Assembly (NCBI GenBank): GCA_963924565.1
Contig: OZ004607.1
Coordinates: forward strand, 35,774,001-35,838,000
Reading direction: 5' to 3'
DNA length: 64,000 bases
DNA from: Ascidiella aspersa
Lineage: Eukaryota
Each line of letters opens with the position of its first letter. The first letter of the stretch is position 1. The notes beneath the pieces were generated by a model. That model did not search any database, was not told where the DNA came from, and saw only the letters and a list, made by a program, of their open reading frames with translations. Made by a program: the position numbers and the translations under genes. Below are positions 12,416-25,600 of the stretch, piece by piece.

Positions 12416-15400
12416 TTACTGATTAGGAATTTAGGTCGACATTTATCATGCAAGGGTCAAGGTGATTTCCAGTATCACATATTCAGTGCAACATATTATC
12501 TTTAGGGTAGACAGAAAGTTTTTCTTTTAATTTATTCGCAAGGGTCACACAACTTAACCAACTTCTACGTGGGCTTTGATTATTATTTTATTTTAATTGT
12601 TATCGATTTCTAAGCGTCGAGATGGCATTACCGTAATAAATTAGTTATCTGTTGGTTGCACTCTTTGGAATTTTTTATCCGTTTAACAAATGCAAAAAAA
12701 AAACAGAAAAGCGCAAAAAGTACAAACATCACGAAAATTCAATATTATTGTTTTTAACAAAGAATTATAAATAAAAACAAAACCGTCATTGATTAGTATA
12801 AAAGATACAGTTAGATTTTTAGACGTTTTACCTTTTTTAGTACAGGTTTCATGCGTATTTGAAGACTAATCGAATGACATAAACATTTTGCGTAAACTAA
12901 TAGTTCTAAATCTACTGTACATATACCACTAGGGGCACGCTAAGGTTTTCAGGTGGTACGCGAACACCTTTTAAATTTTATGCGGAGTTTGGAAAATTAA
13001 TGTAAAAAAAATAAATTGAAATAGCGGCTGTCAAAAGTTAAATTTTTGATTTGCCACATTAAATTGACCAAAAAAACTCAACAAGTTATTTTATATGAGT
13101 TTTTGGCTCTTAACTTAAGTTATTTAATTAAAATGTTTTTTTGTAACCGGATGGTACGCGTCCAGAAAAGGTTGAGAACGACCGGTGTAAACACTTAGCG
13201 ACATCACAGACACCAGTTACGCGACTGCGATGCCCGAAAAGTGTGTGAAAAACTACGTCAATGAGCAAAGAAAGGAAATTACGTGGAAGTTCAATTAATG
13301 CGCGAATGTTTACAGATTACGCTCAACTAATCTCGGGCGCCGAAAATAGAAGGCATTAGCGGCAGAAAGCGGCGATAATTATCCTTTCAAAAACGAAGCG
13401 AAAGTGCATGTGCAAAATGGGGGCAAAACCACATCACAGACGGGGTAGGGGGCTGGGGGTGTCGAAACCCTTCACCCTGCCATTCGTCACACTCCGTTAT
13501 GACGTCACAACGAGTGCTATTGTTATCGACGGGCCGTCAATTACGCAAGCGCGAATGGGGGGCGAAAGCGAATAGATGAAAATCGAGAACGCTAAACGAA
13601 ACAAACGCTCAGCTTTTTTCGGTACATTACCAAATTGCGGGGGCGTTATTTTCAGGATTTGTCGACCGGGCACAGACGCTATGCAATTGCTTATTGTGGC
13701 TGGCGGGTGGATCAGGCAAAGAACACTAAACCCATCGACGAACAAGCTTGGTCTTGTTTATACCAGAGCCAAACGTGCTGCCTTCTAACGTTACCGCGCT
13801 CAGATCCCGATAAAATGTGAAGTGTCGGCGCCCAGAACCATCACGGTATTAAACTGAGGCATGAAAATCCGAAAATGGTGTTGCGAATGGCCGGCAACCC
13901 TGTCTGGATGACTCGGTGGGATTAGGGAACTCGATCCAGGCTGCAGGTGAACTTGAAAAGACGAGAGACCACGATAAGAAGCGCCGAACAACGGTAGCAC
14001 TGAGTCAGGCCTTATGGCTCTATTAGGTGATCCGATGCCGCCCGCAGCAAACAAAGGACAACAGATTGCTAAAAAAGGAACTGGGATTCATTCGCTAATT
14101 CGCAAAGTGGATACTATTGATATTTATTCTACTCCGACTGCAACCTTTAATCGCAATGCTCAGCGAACAACTATTCCGTTTTCAATATCTCGTAGATACG
14201 GAAACCGATATTTTTAGGGATAAATGTCAGCTTAAAATAACCGTATCCTGACCTCTAAAAAACACAAAAAAACATGAAAAGACTGAGGTAAGATTCTAAT
14301 CTTAGCTATTCAATTTCTGCACTACTGAGCTAATAAGTCCAATTTCCTTTTCAAAGCTGAAATGAATCCTAAAATCTTAAGTGAAAACGCAGCTTACTCT
14401 GTGCGGCAATATCGTACGTAAACAGTCCCTTTCACTCAAAACTAGAGCACTTAGAGACCTACGAAGAGACAACCTTTCTCGAAAAAAACATCTCGCTTTT
14501 TCGTTCAACGTCACGTCGTCGCCAAAACAAGCAACTTACTTAGGGGCTCAGGACGCGAAACGCGCAAACAAGAGAGAAGAATCGCCATGAAGGTGAACAC
14601 CAACAACAACAAAACAGCGCGCGGCCCCAGGTAAAGGTGCCCGGCCCGCCATATCTGTCAGACATTCCTTAACGGATCAAACATCAGGCCTATCGCATGC
14701 CGGGCCGGAGGTTTTGTGGAAGAGCTCGCTTAAGCTCACGTGTACGCGAGAGACAGAGTTCTGGACTTGGCATCAATAACGCTTTGTGCTTCTGGTTGGC
14801 GTAGGATCCCAGGCCTTGCCAACGTTATACCAAGGTTTACGTCACCGATTTATAACTGGAGCATGTTTTGACGCGCGGGTGTATATAGGATGATGGAATA
14901 AGTTCGTGCCGGTTTATTATTAGACTCTATAATCAGCTGACATGCACGTATTGAGAAAACGCGTTTGATCTTGGATGTGTTGCTTAACGCCTTCTTTGAT
15001 TAGTGTCATAAGTGGTAAGGTTGTATTTACTCAAAAGATTATATTCACTCAAAAGTTTCTCTTTCAAGTTTCGTTGGATCATTAAGCCACGCCTATATAT
15101 TCGTGACTGCAATAAACAAGTAAAATCTACTCATTTACTAGCCAGATCAAAATTATACGCAGTTATACCGATATAAAGTTGGCTAGTTAAGTGACAATTT
15201 ATAGCATATATGTCAACATAACATCGTTTTTCTTGAGACGACGAAAGCAATAATAAACAAATTTGAAGGTAAAGTCGTAAAATTACCAAAACGATAACAA
15301 AAAACCCATACTCGTAGAATTTCATCTTTGGAATTAATATGACCTTAACAATTTTTTTGATAACCAATATCGAGTTGTTTAAATTAGATGCAGTGTTAAA

Positions 15401-16502
15401 CATGTAAACACAGTTCTGCTCAACAAATATAAAATAGGCAATCGCGAAAATTACATTTAAAAGTATAAATGATGTATATACAAAAACTGCTCATGCATTT
15501 ATTTTTGGCGCGAGGGCATCTTCGGACATTAGGTGTCCAACCATTTAACAGAAATACACCTAAAATAGACACGCTTAAATAAAAATAAATTATTTTAAAA
15601 CTACGATCTAAAGTGCACTTAGACTAACTGTTAAACGCTTAAATTCCTTTAAATCTGCAAGTCCATGGTTTTTGCCTTAACTACCTTGACGCTAATACAT
15701 CACAATCGACAACGAATATTTCAGATAAAACACTAGCCTTCTCCTTGGCATATTCGAGCAAGACCGATCAGGTTGTTGTTATCGTTTGCGATGCCCCATG
15801 TGGGTCCGGTAAGGAGCGACCCCTTGACCTGTCTTAACGCAAACCGGGGATCCTTTTGTAAACAATTTGTTTTGACGGAAAGGCCCCTGTTTCAACTGCA
15901 AGAAGCACTTCCATATTCGGCCAGGAAACTGGCACCATTGTCTCGCGAACATCAGTATTCGGATTACAGCTTATTTCATGAATCATGATCAACATCAAAC
16001 CCAATAAACCCTATAAAGAAAAAAATCTCCAGACCTTTTCTGCTGGTAAAATAGTGCCACCGTAATTTTCACAGCTGCACATCGAAACTCGCTCAAAGAT
16101 TTTTACACTTTTTTTCCGTTTTTTTTACCCCTCAGTAATGTTTGATAACTACTAGCTTGCACGACGACGAATACCATATCCTAGTATCGGGATTATCCGA
16201 TACCATGGCGGTTCTGGATACAGCGTTGATTGGCATTTTGTATGATTAGCGAACAAAATAAGCTACAACTAAAGAACAAAAATTGCTTCTAGTATTCGCA
16301 TTACAGCTTATTTCATAGATTAAGATCTACACTGAACCCGCTAAACCCTATAAAGACAAAATTCTCCAGACCTGTTTTGCTGCTGAAACCGCGCAGATGT
16401 GATTTTTACAGCTGCTCAACGAGAAACTCATTGTCAGCATGTTTTTTAACAAAGCCCTTCCGACAAAAGAAGGTTCATTTCAACAATGGAAAGCAGTGCT
16501 CC

Positions 16503-16620
16503 CTACTTTCCCTGGTTTTTATTATGCATGAGTTGACGCTTATTGCTTTCATGATTCAATAGACCGACGTTCTTTGTGCAAAACGCCAGAAGCCGCCCTG
16601 GAATGTTAATGTCTGATCGA
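16503..16620 (-). CDS. ADAMTSL1/3: Candidate terminal exon SRSDINIPGRLLAFCTKNVG...NQGK-stop
   Basis: 59-nt intron with acceptor ctctgtttgtgctgcAG, phase-2 entry, open to TAG at 16503-16505; no TSR homology. Confidence 0.5.
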
Positions 16621-19600
16621 CTGCAGCACAAACAGAGCACAAGTCGAGTAAAACACGCCCTCAAGCGACTGGTACTCACCTTGTGTTGTTTACGTTAGGT
16701 GGCAATGTGGAGCAAGGCGAATTAGAGCACGGCACGAATTTGGCGGGAAGTTTAAGTGTGACGTCACAGCGCCCCTTTACCACCAAGTTGTCGGTGCTGA
16801 CGTGGAAGCAGAACTGCTCCATGACTTTCACGCCTGAAAAGTAACATTTCTATGAAATTCAGCAAAATACTCTAGCAAAGCTAGCAATTCAGGCCAGACA
16901 CAATTAACAGATCTTAAAAGATATATATATATAATATATGCATATATTTCGCCAACAAATGCATCGTCAGTATATCTTAATTCGAATAAATATCTTTGTA
17001 ATACGTGACAACTTTATGGTAAACTTTGGATTAGTGCGAAAGAAACGTTTTTGTTTGTTAACCAGCAAACTTTTAAGCCGGTTAAATCAATATCGCTTGA
17101 AAGTGGTGAAAGTGGTGAAAGTGGTGAAAGTGGTGAAAGTGGTGAAAGTGGTGAAAGAGGTGTAAGTGGTGTTTGTTGCACCAATAGAAAGCGTAAAAAC
17201 TTTTAAATTATCATGGTGTACATTTTGTTAACAGATAATATGGAAGAAAGTTACGTAGCTAGAAATATTTGTTTTAATCATTTTAAAAGTAAAAACAAAA
17301 AAAGAAATAATTTAGTTAACAAATATATATTGTTAGAAAACACATCTAAAAATACAGAACGTTACCCAATGTTTAACAACTATATCGCTTTGGAACCCAA
17401 ACATGTGATCATATTTAAATAGGTGATTGCTACATGGATTGAACAGTAGGCAAGTGTTTGAAAACTGCCATGTAACCCCTTGGCCAACTAAAATGTACAC
17501 CTGAACTTATCATTACATAAAACTCACCTTTCCCACAGGAAGTGGTACAGGGCGAAGTGGCCAAATAATTCCAAGCGTAGATGGTTGAATTGTTTTGTGG
17601 AGTTAGGGTTGTTGTGGAAGTTGTTTGGGTCGTTGTAGAAGATGTTTGGGTTGTTGTGGAAGTTGCTTGGGTTGTCGTGGATTTGAAATGTTCTGCAATG
17701 TCGGTTATCTCTCCACGTACTGGTGGCAGCGAAAATTGACAGGGACCCATTGAACATTGCTGTAAGTTAAGCAAAAGGCCAATTGAATTCGACTGTTTAT
17801 CCTAAAGACTTTAGATCTGCCACGAAGAAATAAAATATTCATTTTACGCCAAGGTAAAACAATCTATAGTTGAAAAAATTTTGATAAATTAAAACAGATT
17901 GATTTAAATCCCTAGAACAAAAACAATAGAGGCATAGTATAGGGTGACAATGTAAAATCTTGTCTGTGTATTTGACGTTCTGTATTCGGATATTCATTTT
18001 AGCGTATTGCACATAACAAATCTCGGTTAAAAAAATGATAACTAACCAGGAGAGCAAGTACTATGCAAAACAATGTATGAAATTAAAAATCCATTAGATG
18101 TCCTCTAACTTGTAACCGTAAAGTAGATTGGCATATTTTCAGATGTACAAAACTTGGTGCAAGCGTTTCTATGCATATATTATACAATGTCAGGTAAAAT
18201 CCATTTTTAAAAAACCTGTAGTTGTAAGTTACTTTCAGATAGAAGAAAATACAATGCTGTTAAAATATTTTTCGACAATATTCGTTTGACAAACACAACC
18301 GTTATATAAACCAAATCTGTTTATATATACCAGTGTTTCTCAACCTTTCGGATATATTCCACTACAATCTTAACAAAAAGAATTGAGCAACAATCAGATT
18401 CTTAAGATTCCCAAATATCCCTTGGCACCCTTTAGCAAGCATTACAATTGGCACTCCAGGGTGGCACCCTAGTTGAGAACCACTGATATATACTGTATAC
18501 ACGATCTGTGTAGCTCTGACAATTATGGGCACAAAATATTTTTAAGGTTTCACTGAACACCATGGTCGCTATGAAAAACTAAGAATTACGAGAAAATGCC
18601 TTGTAGTGGCGAAATCTAAGCATTAAAAATATTATCGCCGTGACGTAAGCTGAGTCGTTGTGCCTTTTTTTCCATTCCTCGCTACGCAGTATTAGCCCAT
18701 GCATTCTCTCATTTCTCTCTCCTCTTACTCTCACTTGTGTGCTTTTGAGTTACCTTGGTCGTCAGTCGAGCCTGGTCTTGTTACAAGGTACCGCCCTATT
18801 TTGAGTGCAATAAATTGGACTGGTAAACTAAGTTGTGTTGGGTCGATGTAGTAACATGTAAATAGCCGTATTTGTCTAATTCTAAATAGAGGGGAAAAAA
18901 GCTTGTCGATAACTCAATAGAATTTGTCTTTATAGAGTGCCACCTGATTCCTCTAAATCAGATATGAAGAGTCAAAGGAACTTAACAATAGTCATAATAA
19001 ACATTGGCATCACCCTCATGCGCTACAGTCCCATACCTGGGATGATATTGGCATTTCTCCGGGGCACTCCGAATCCTCCACCTCCTCCACAATCCCGCTT
19101 CCCCTCCTTATAACCATGCACCTCACCGTTCTGCTGGTGACCCCGACTCCACAGCTGGCGGAACAAGGACCCCAGGACTCCGGCGACCAACTGAACAAAT
19201 AAAGTCGGGGTTGAAAATGATCTACAAAGGTTTGTGCTGTTTTTTTTTATTAAATTGGGGTGTAAAGAAGGCGAATTAAGATCCGATGGTGTAATGGGGT
19301 GTAGCCAACCCGTCGATCACCACATTTCACCTGGTTGATTGCGTCGAATATGTTCTACGTCATTACAGTAGCCGTCGGGCACAAGCCGAACATTTAAATG
19401 ACCATTTGTTGTCTGGACAAGCCTAATAAAGCGTTCTTTGACCTAACAAATTAACCTCCATGGCTGGCTTGGAATGCAATTAACGTTCAAAATGTTTAAT
19501 AAGTGACTTTTCCGCCGATCCAGTCGATCGCGAGTCTCTAAAAATATTTCAGGCGATCGCAAGCAAACATAACATGGCTACACCTGTAGTATCCCGTTTT

Positions 19601-22600
19601 AAAACGACAGATTTAAACGGTAAAACAGTCACACACTGACAGGTGTGGGTTGAAATTCTACCACAGTAGCCTTTAAAAGAAGAGTATTTTTGGACCTTTG
19701 GGTCCGTAAAAAGTAAAACGGGAAAGCAAGCAAAATCTTTTAAAATTAAATCATAGGCTGGTCAATTATATTAGCCGGAGTAATCCCGTCATGTTAGGTT
19801 TACCGTGTCTAATTAACAACTTGTAGGCTTGTGAGCTGTACGCAGTATTGTATGATGATTTGAGTGTTGAAAATACGCATTTCAAATGTGATATTTTAAT
19901 ATTTATTTCTTCGAAATTATAAGGGTTTTCCCATTATTTCCAAGAAGCATGGGTATCCGCTTCATAAAAAACACTAATTTAGCTCACTAATTTAGCTTAA
20001 ATATATTGGTTGAGTAAAAAGAATGTTTTGCCGAAAAGAAATAAAATGTTTTTCAGAAATATGTTCGTTTACAATGAAGAACAGTTGTGAAATGCAAAGC
20101 TAAATTTGGTCATTCACTGCCTTGTGTTTGTGCTTTAATCAACAACTTTAAAAATATTTGTTTATTTTTTACCTTGGTTCTGCAGAAAGAGAACTGATCT
20201 CCACAACCCGAAAAGCAGATTTGAACCCACCGCTTAAATCGCTCTGTTGGTTTTCGGGGGCCGCTACTGGCAAAGGCAGGGCTAAGGAAACAATGAGTGG
20301 AAAGTTGTTTTTTAAATATTAAAATTATAATGCGAAAAAATTAAAGGCAATAAAGTTAGTTTATACAACGACCGTTTTGCTATCGTTTTTGATTTAGGCA
20401 AACCATTGTTTTTTCAAATCTAACAACTAGAAAAGCAGTTTTTATTGATTCTTAATGTAACGAATGCTGTTTTGACATTTGCATTAAACCAGTTTCCACG
20501 TTTTTATAATTCTAATTTATATCTAATACTAGATAGGAGTAATAGCTAGTGAGCGTTTAAACTATGACATCGTAATCTTTTCGATTTTTTGTTCCCCTAT
20601 CAAAGGTCCCAAGGGGCGCAAACTAAAAAAAAATACACTCTACGTCATGTCTAAAAATTCGAAAGATTGTGATGTATTGTTTTTGTATTAAGTCCCAGAA
20701 AAAAATCTGTGTATAACATACCTTAGCAAACCATACAACAATAACGGCAAAAACAAGATATGTCTCCATAATAAATATTCGGCCCATATGATTAAAGACT
20801 TTAATTAGGAGTTTCCGGGTCCTTTGAAGCTGATGGACAATTAAAATTAGGAAACCTAATCTTTTGAGACTATTTTTAATAACAATAAAATGTCTTGAAA
20901 ATTTAGTCACCTAAAAAACTTTCAGGTCAGATTGAAACGGTTTGATAAAACCGATTGTTTATTTCAAGACATAAAAGGTTTGCTAATAACGTACCTTTTA
21001 CTATCTGCGAAAGGACAATTTTTTAACTTCAATCACAAAAGTCGCGACAACTTCAATGATGAAAATAAGGTTTATGACATTGGTTATTAACCGATGGGTC
21101 ATGGCTAACTGGTGGACCACAAAGCATTTGGAAAATGTACTTCAAGGAGGGAGCCACGGAATATTACAAAAAAACAAAAGTGGGCCACGGCCATAATGAG
21201 GTTAAGAACCCCTGTTCATGACGTACGTGATGGGGCAAAGCAGGTTGCTGGTACGAAGCATGCCTTCCTGACCACTGGCAGGTTTCTTCTGTCGCACGAG
21301 TTCGACGGTTTGCTGTCGTACGTCTGGCACCGCACGACTCTCTGCTGCCAACCGCGTCCACACGTCACGCTACACTGCAAGCCAAAACAAGTGGATGATT
21401 TACTCATTTACTGGACTAAAGTGGTGTACTTGATTGGCTTACACAATTAAATGTCTATATGTTATAATATAGAGAGGTCGCGTTTTCAAGCAGGAGTATG
21501 AGCCATTTGGATAACGACAGTGATGCGCATGTCAATTTCCCGTAGCGATTGACTATGATGAGCGTAAAAATGTATATATATTATAGTAAAACATACTATT
21601 AAAGGTGTTGTCACACTGCAGGGGTGGGCACATGTATTCAATGGAAGAGCCATTTGTAGAAAATACAAGCACCAAAGAGCCTCAAAATTATTTCAATACA
21701 AAAAGAGCCGCATGTGGCTCACGAGGCGCAGTTTGCCCACCCCTGCACTATGGTATAATGGGGGCCATTTAAACATTAGTTATTAGTGTATTCTATAAAT
21801 ACTGTATATTATTTTACAATTTAAGGCGACACATTTTTTGCTCAGCAATAAAATGGACTACAGTGTGCATAGACTATTTAGCAGAAGGATCTGTTTACTA
21901 CCATAACTATTTGTGATACAGTTTATTTGCCGAAAACCTTCCAAAACGAGGTAAGCTTTTCGACTTAATGACTAAAGATGCTCTAAAGATTTGGGACAAG
22001 TCAAATCATTTTAAAAACAATTACTTAAAAGGCACTTAGGAGTTGTCACAAGCAATTAAACAGTCTTGCAAAACTCTTTACAAAAGAAAACCTACCCTAG
22101 TCCAGGGCATAGCCATCCAGGTGGGACATGGGTCTTCATTACAAGATCTTCTGCTTTCAGGCACTTTGAGGCCGGCGTCATGGCAAGGGCTGTCGTCTAC
22201 TGTGGCCAACGCCCTCCCGTCAATCATCATTTCCACGCAGGACATTGTGCGAGTCTGGAAGCCACCGGCACAAGAGGCTGAACAGTAAGTCCAGGGGTCG
22301 GTCTGCCACCTGAAACGTATGATTGGAATCAGATAACATGAACACTGGAGAGAGGAATCAGGTGGCACTGTATGAAGACAAATTGTGTTAAAATCTCGAC
22401 AAACTCTCGCACAACTGTGCTTTCTCAGGTCAAAGTATAAATGAAAAAAGAACACTGGAGTTTCTTAATTGGGCTTTGTGTGTCTTGGTGGCAGGGTCGG
22501 ATCGTGCCTTTTAGGCCCTAAGCACCAACAATTTTGGAGCCCTATACATGTTTCGTTTCTCATAGCTACAAACATTTATAGACACGTTTAAGATGATACT

Positions 22601-25600
22601 TAAGAACGAAAAATAGGCATAAATTGATTTCAGTGGGCCACCATTGAGGGCTGGTACTTTGGTGCCCTATGTAGTTTTTCATACCCACAAATATTTTTGG
22701 TACGTTTAAGATGATACTTTAGAAAGAAAACTGAGCAAAATTTATTTCAACCGGGACACTATTAAAGTCTGAGCCATTGGTGCCCTTTATTTGTCATATC
22801 TCATACCTACAAACATTTCTAGGTTTAAGATAATACGTAAGAAACAAACAAAATAAGCAAAAATGTATTTTAACTGGGCCACCAATGAGGTCCAAGTTGC
22901 CTGACCAACTCGAATTACTTCAATAAACACTGAGGCACCATTGAATTCGGCTATGACAATTTCTATGGTGCCATAATCACGTGGTTATTTTACTTAATGG
23001 TTAATCCATCCATACTTGGTGGCCACGAAACAAAATATGAAATAGCACGGGAGTTACGGGTTGTATAGATTTTCGAGGTAACCCTTCGACTACAAAAAGC
23101 ACGTATTAATGACGCTGTTTTGCTTCCTGATGGACTGAGGAATTATAATTTTTGAATTCATACAGTTTTTATCGCTGGAAATCAAGAAACCTTTCGCGGC
23201 TCCGAAAAAAAAACACACATGACGTAATATTTGTCAAACAAAAATCGACGTAACAACTCATGGACTTACTTGATCCGTTGGACGTACTCAAACACGATGT
23301 TGCTTCGTCCTCCGGTTGAACTGCGCTGGACAAAAAGCGAAAAATGCTTTATGGTTGCTGCCAGGCTTCACTTTAGTTAAACAGGTGCGCGAATATTACA
23401 AGAGTAATGAAAAAGCACATCACTTTGACAAAATACAGGCCGGCGCATCACGCGTTGAGCGCCAAGGCGTCACGTTCGTATGTTTATCAAGCTATTACAA
23501 GCCCCTCCGTAGTTTGGCTTTGAAATGTCAAGCGCTTCTTAGAAGTACAGAGCGCGATATTCATTGGAGGCATGAAAGAGGAATATACAAGGTGTTGAAA
23601 AATAATGAATTATTGAATATTATTCTTGTTTTCATGACACAATACAATTTCTGGGAAATTTAATTTATTTAGAACTTTTATTTTGTAAAGGGGGTATCGT
23701 AGGAAACATTCGTGTGAAGATGTTACAGTCGCCTTGAACAAATTAATCTTGCACAGGGCTGCAATTAAAAGCATGGCCATATTTAAACCAGACGTGAAAT
23801 AAAGTTTGCAAAAATTCATCACGAAACCAATAAGATTGATAACCTTGGTCTTAATTTTAGTTATTATAACAACATATAGTGTATTATTATTAACAAAGGC
23901 TCCCTTGGGGTAGTTGAACTAGGTTAGGATGCCAAGAAGGTCTAATTGAGCTATTGGTATATATTTAGGCAATATATTTTAAAGAAAAGAGTAGGCTATA
24001 GTAAAAAATAAAACGTTTTTGCACTGAATATACTTTATTTTATTTCACATTTTTTGACCGAAAACAGCAAATTTTTGAAGTCTGTTTGTACTATGACGTA
24101 AATATATGACGTCATCTCTAAAAAATGTCTTGCCTACGCTGGTCCATGCGAAGCAAAAAAATTTGAAGGGTCCGCGGCAAGAAATTTTCAAGAATGACGT
24201 CATAAATTGACGTCACAATCAAATAGACTTCAGAAATGCTGAAGATTCAAGTAAAATGGGGTCTCAATACATCTTTATCTTTAGGTAAACTCTTTTCTTT
24301 GATTAATTGATTACTCCTTAAATGTATACACTAATATTTCAATTTTGGCCCCCAAGGGGTCGATGAACCCCAGCTAAGAACCCGCGGTATAGGAGCTGCT
24401 GTTTTGTGCCAAAGTTTTGCTTACAGTCGCCGGCTAACGCGCGTATCGTACCTTTTGTCGACTGGACATTGCTCGACATTACAGCGATGAACTTTAGGAG
24501 AAGGTTCAACAACGCCCTCTTCATGACAAAACTTGGAATCCTTGCGTTCCCCGCTCATCAGCTCGAAGCAATACGGGCGTAGAAATTGCAGACCTAGGAA
24601 AGCGTTACGTAATTCGGGATTGTAGCACCACAATTAACATTCTAATCAACGCCTGGTGGTTTTTACACAACACCGTGACCGATTTAATAGGCTGAATAAA
24701 ACTGTTTCGACAAAATTTGATAAGGGTATAGTTTTTCATCTATTGATGGTGTGAAAAGTCAAGAAACCTAACTATACCAAAATGGGAAAATTGATTGATA
24801 AACAATTTTTTTTTATCTTTTTTATTAAACCGAACTTAAGACAGTGTTTCCCAACCCATAGGTCGCGATCCTAAAATGGGTCGCCGATGGCAGTAGTCAC
24901 ATTGCTAGATTTATTAATATTGGTTTAAAAAGCAAGGCTCATATTAATTAAGTTTCAATTAGTTAATGTTGTTTGTCTTATTTGTGTTTTTTTAAGCTCC
25001 CTAAAATTCATTGAAGATAATTTTGTCACTTCTCTGAGTATTTGGGTTGCCGTGAAACAAGTTGGACAAACACTGAGCTAAGAGGTTTGAAGTTTATTGT
25101 AGAATAATTAGAAGCAATAAAACATGTTATGTATAACATCTGTACAAAGATGTGTAATTCCCCTTAATTTTTTGGTAAACATTTGATTAATTTTCTCGCC
25201 AAGTTGGGTAAGTTTACCTCCTCCGCAAGTTGTCGTGCATTTGACGGTGCTCTCATCGTATTTCCAGGCGTGCATGAGCGGGCGGTAAAACTCGTAGCGA
25301 ATGTACTTCCACAGGTTTTCATCGTACATCGCCTGAAGTAGATTGGATTACTTTTAAACTATGACTTTGCTATTAAATTCAATAAGTTTGCGAGGCATTT
25401 TTGCGTTATGTGGTTCTTTAACTTTTACACCATGTCAAACGGTTTTGCTTCCTTACAATAGTGGAAGACTTAATTAATTAAATTAATTTTGAACCACAGC
25501 AATACTAAAAAATAACAAGAAAATGATTAGCCTCTTAGCAATCAAATCAGTACCTAACACACATTCCAAGCTTACAAACGATTTTTTATCATTACAACCC

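Noticed and set aside
16938-17165. ORF ending in VKVVKV repeats
   Set aside because: Translation of the 9-bp tandem repeat in an intron, antisense to the gene.
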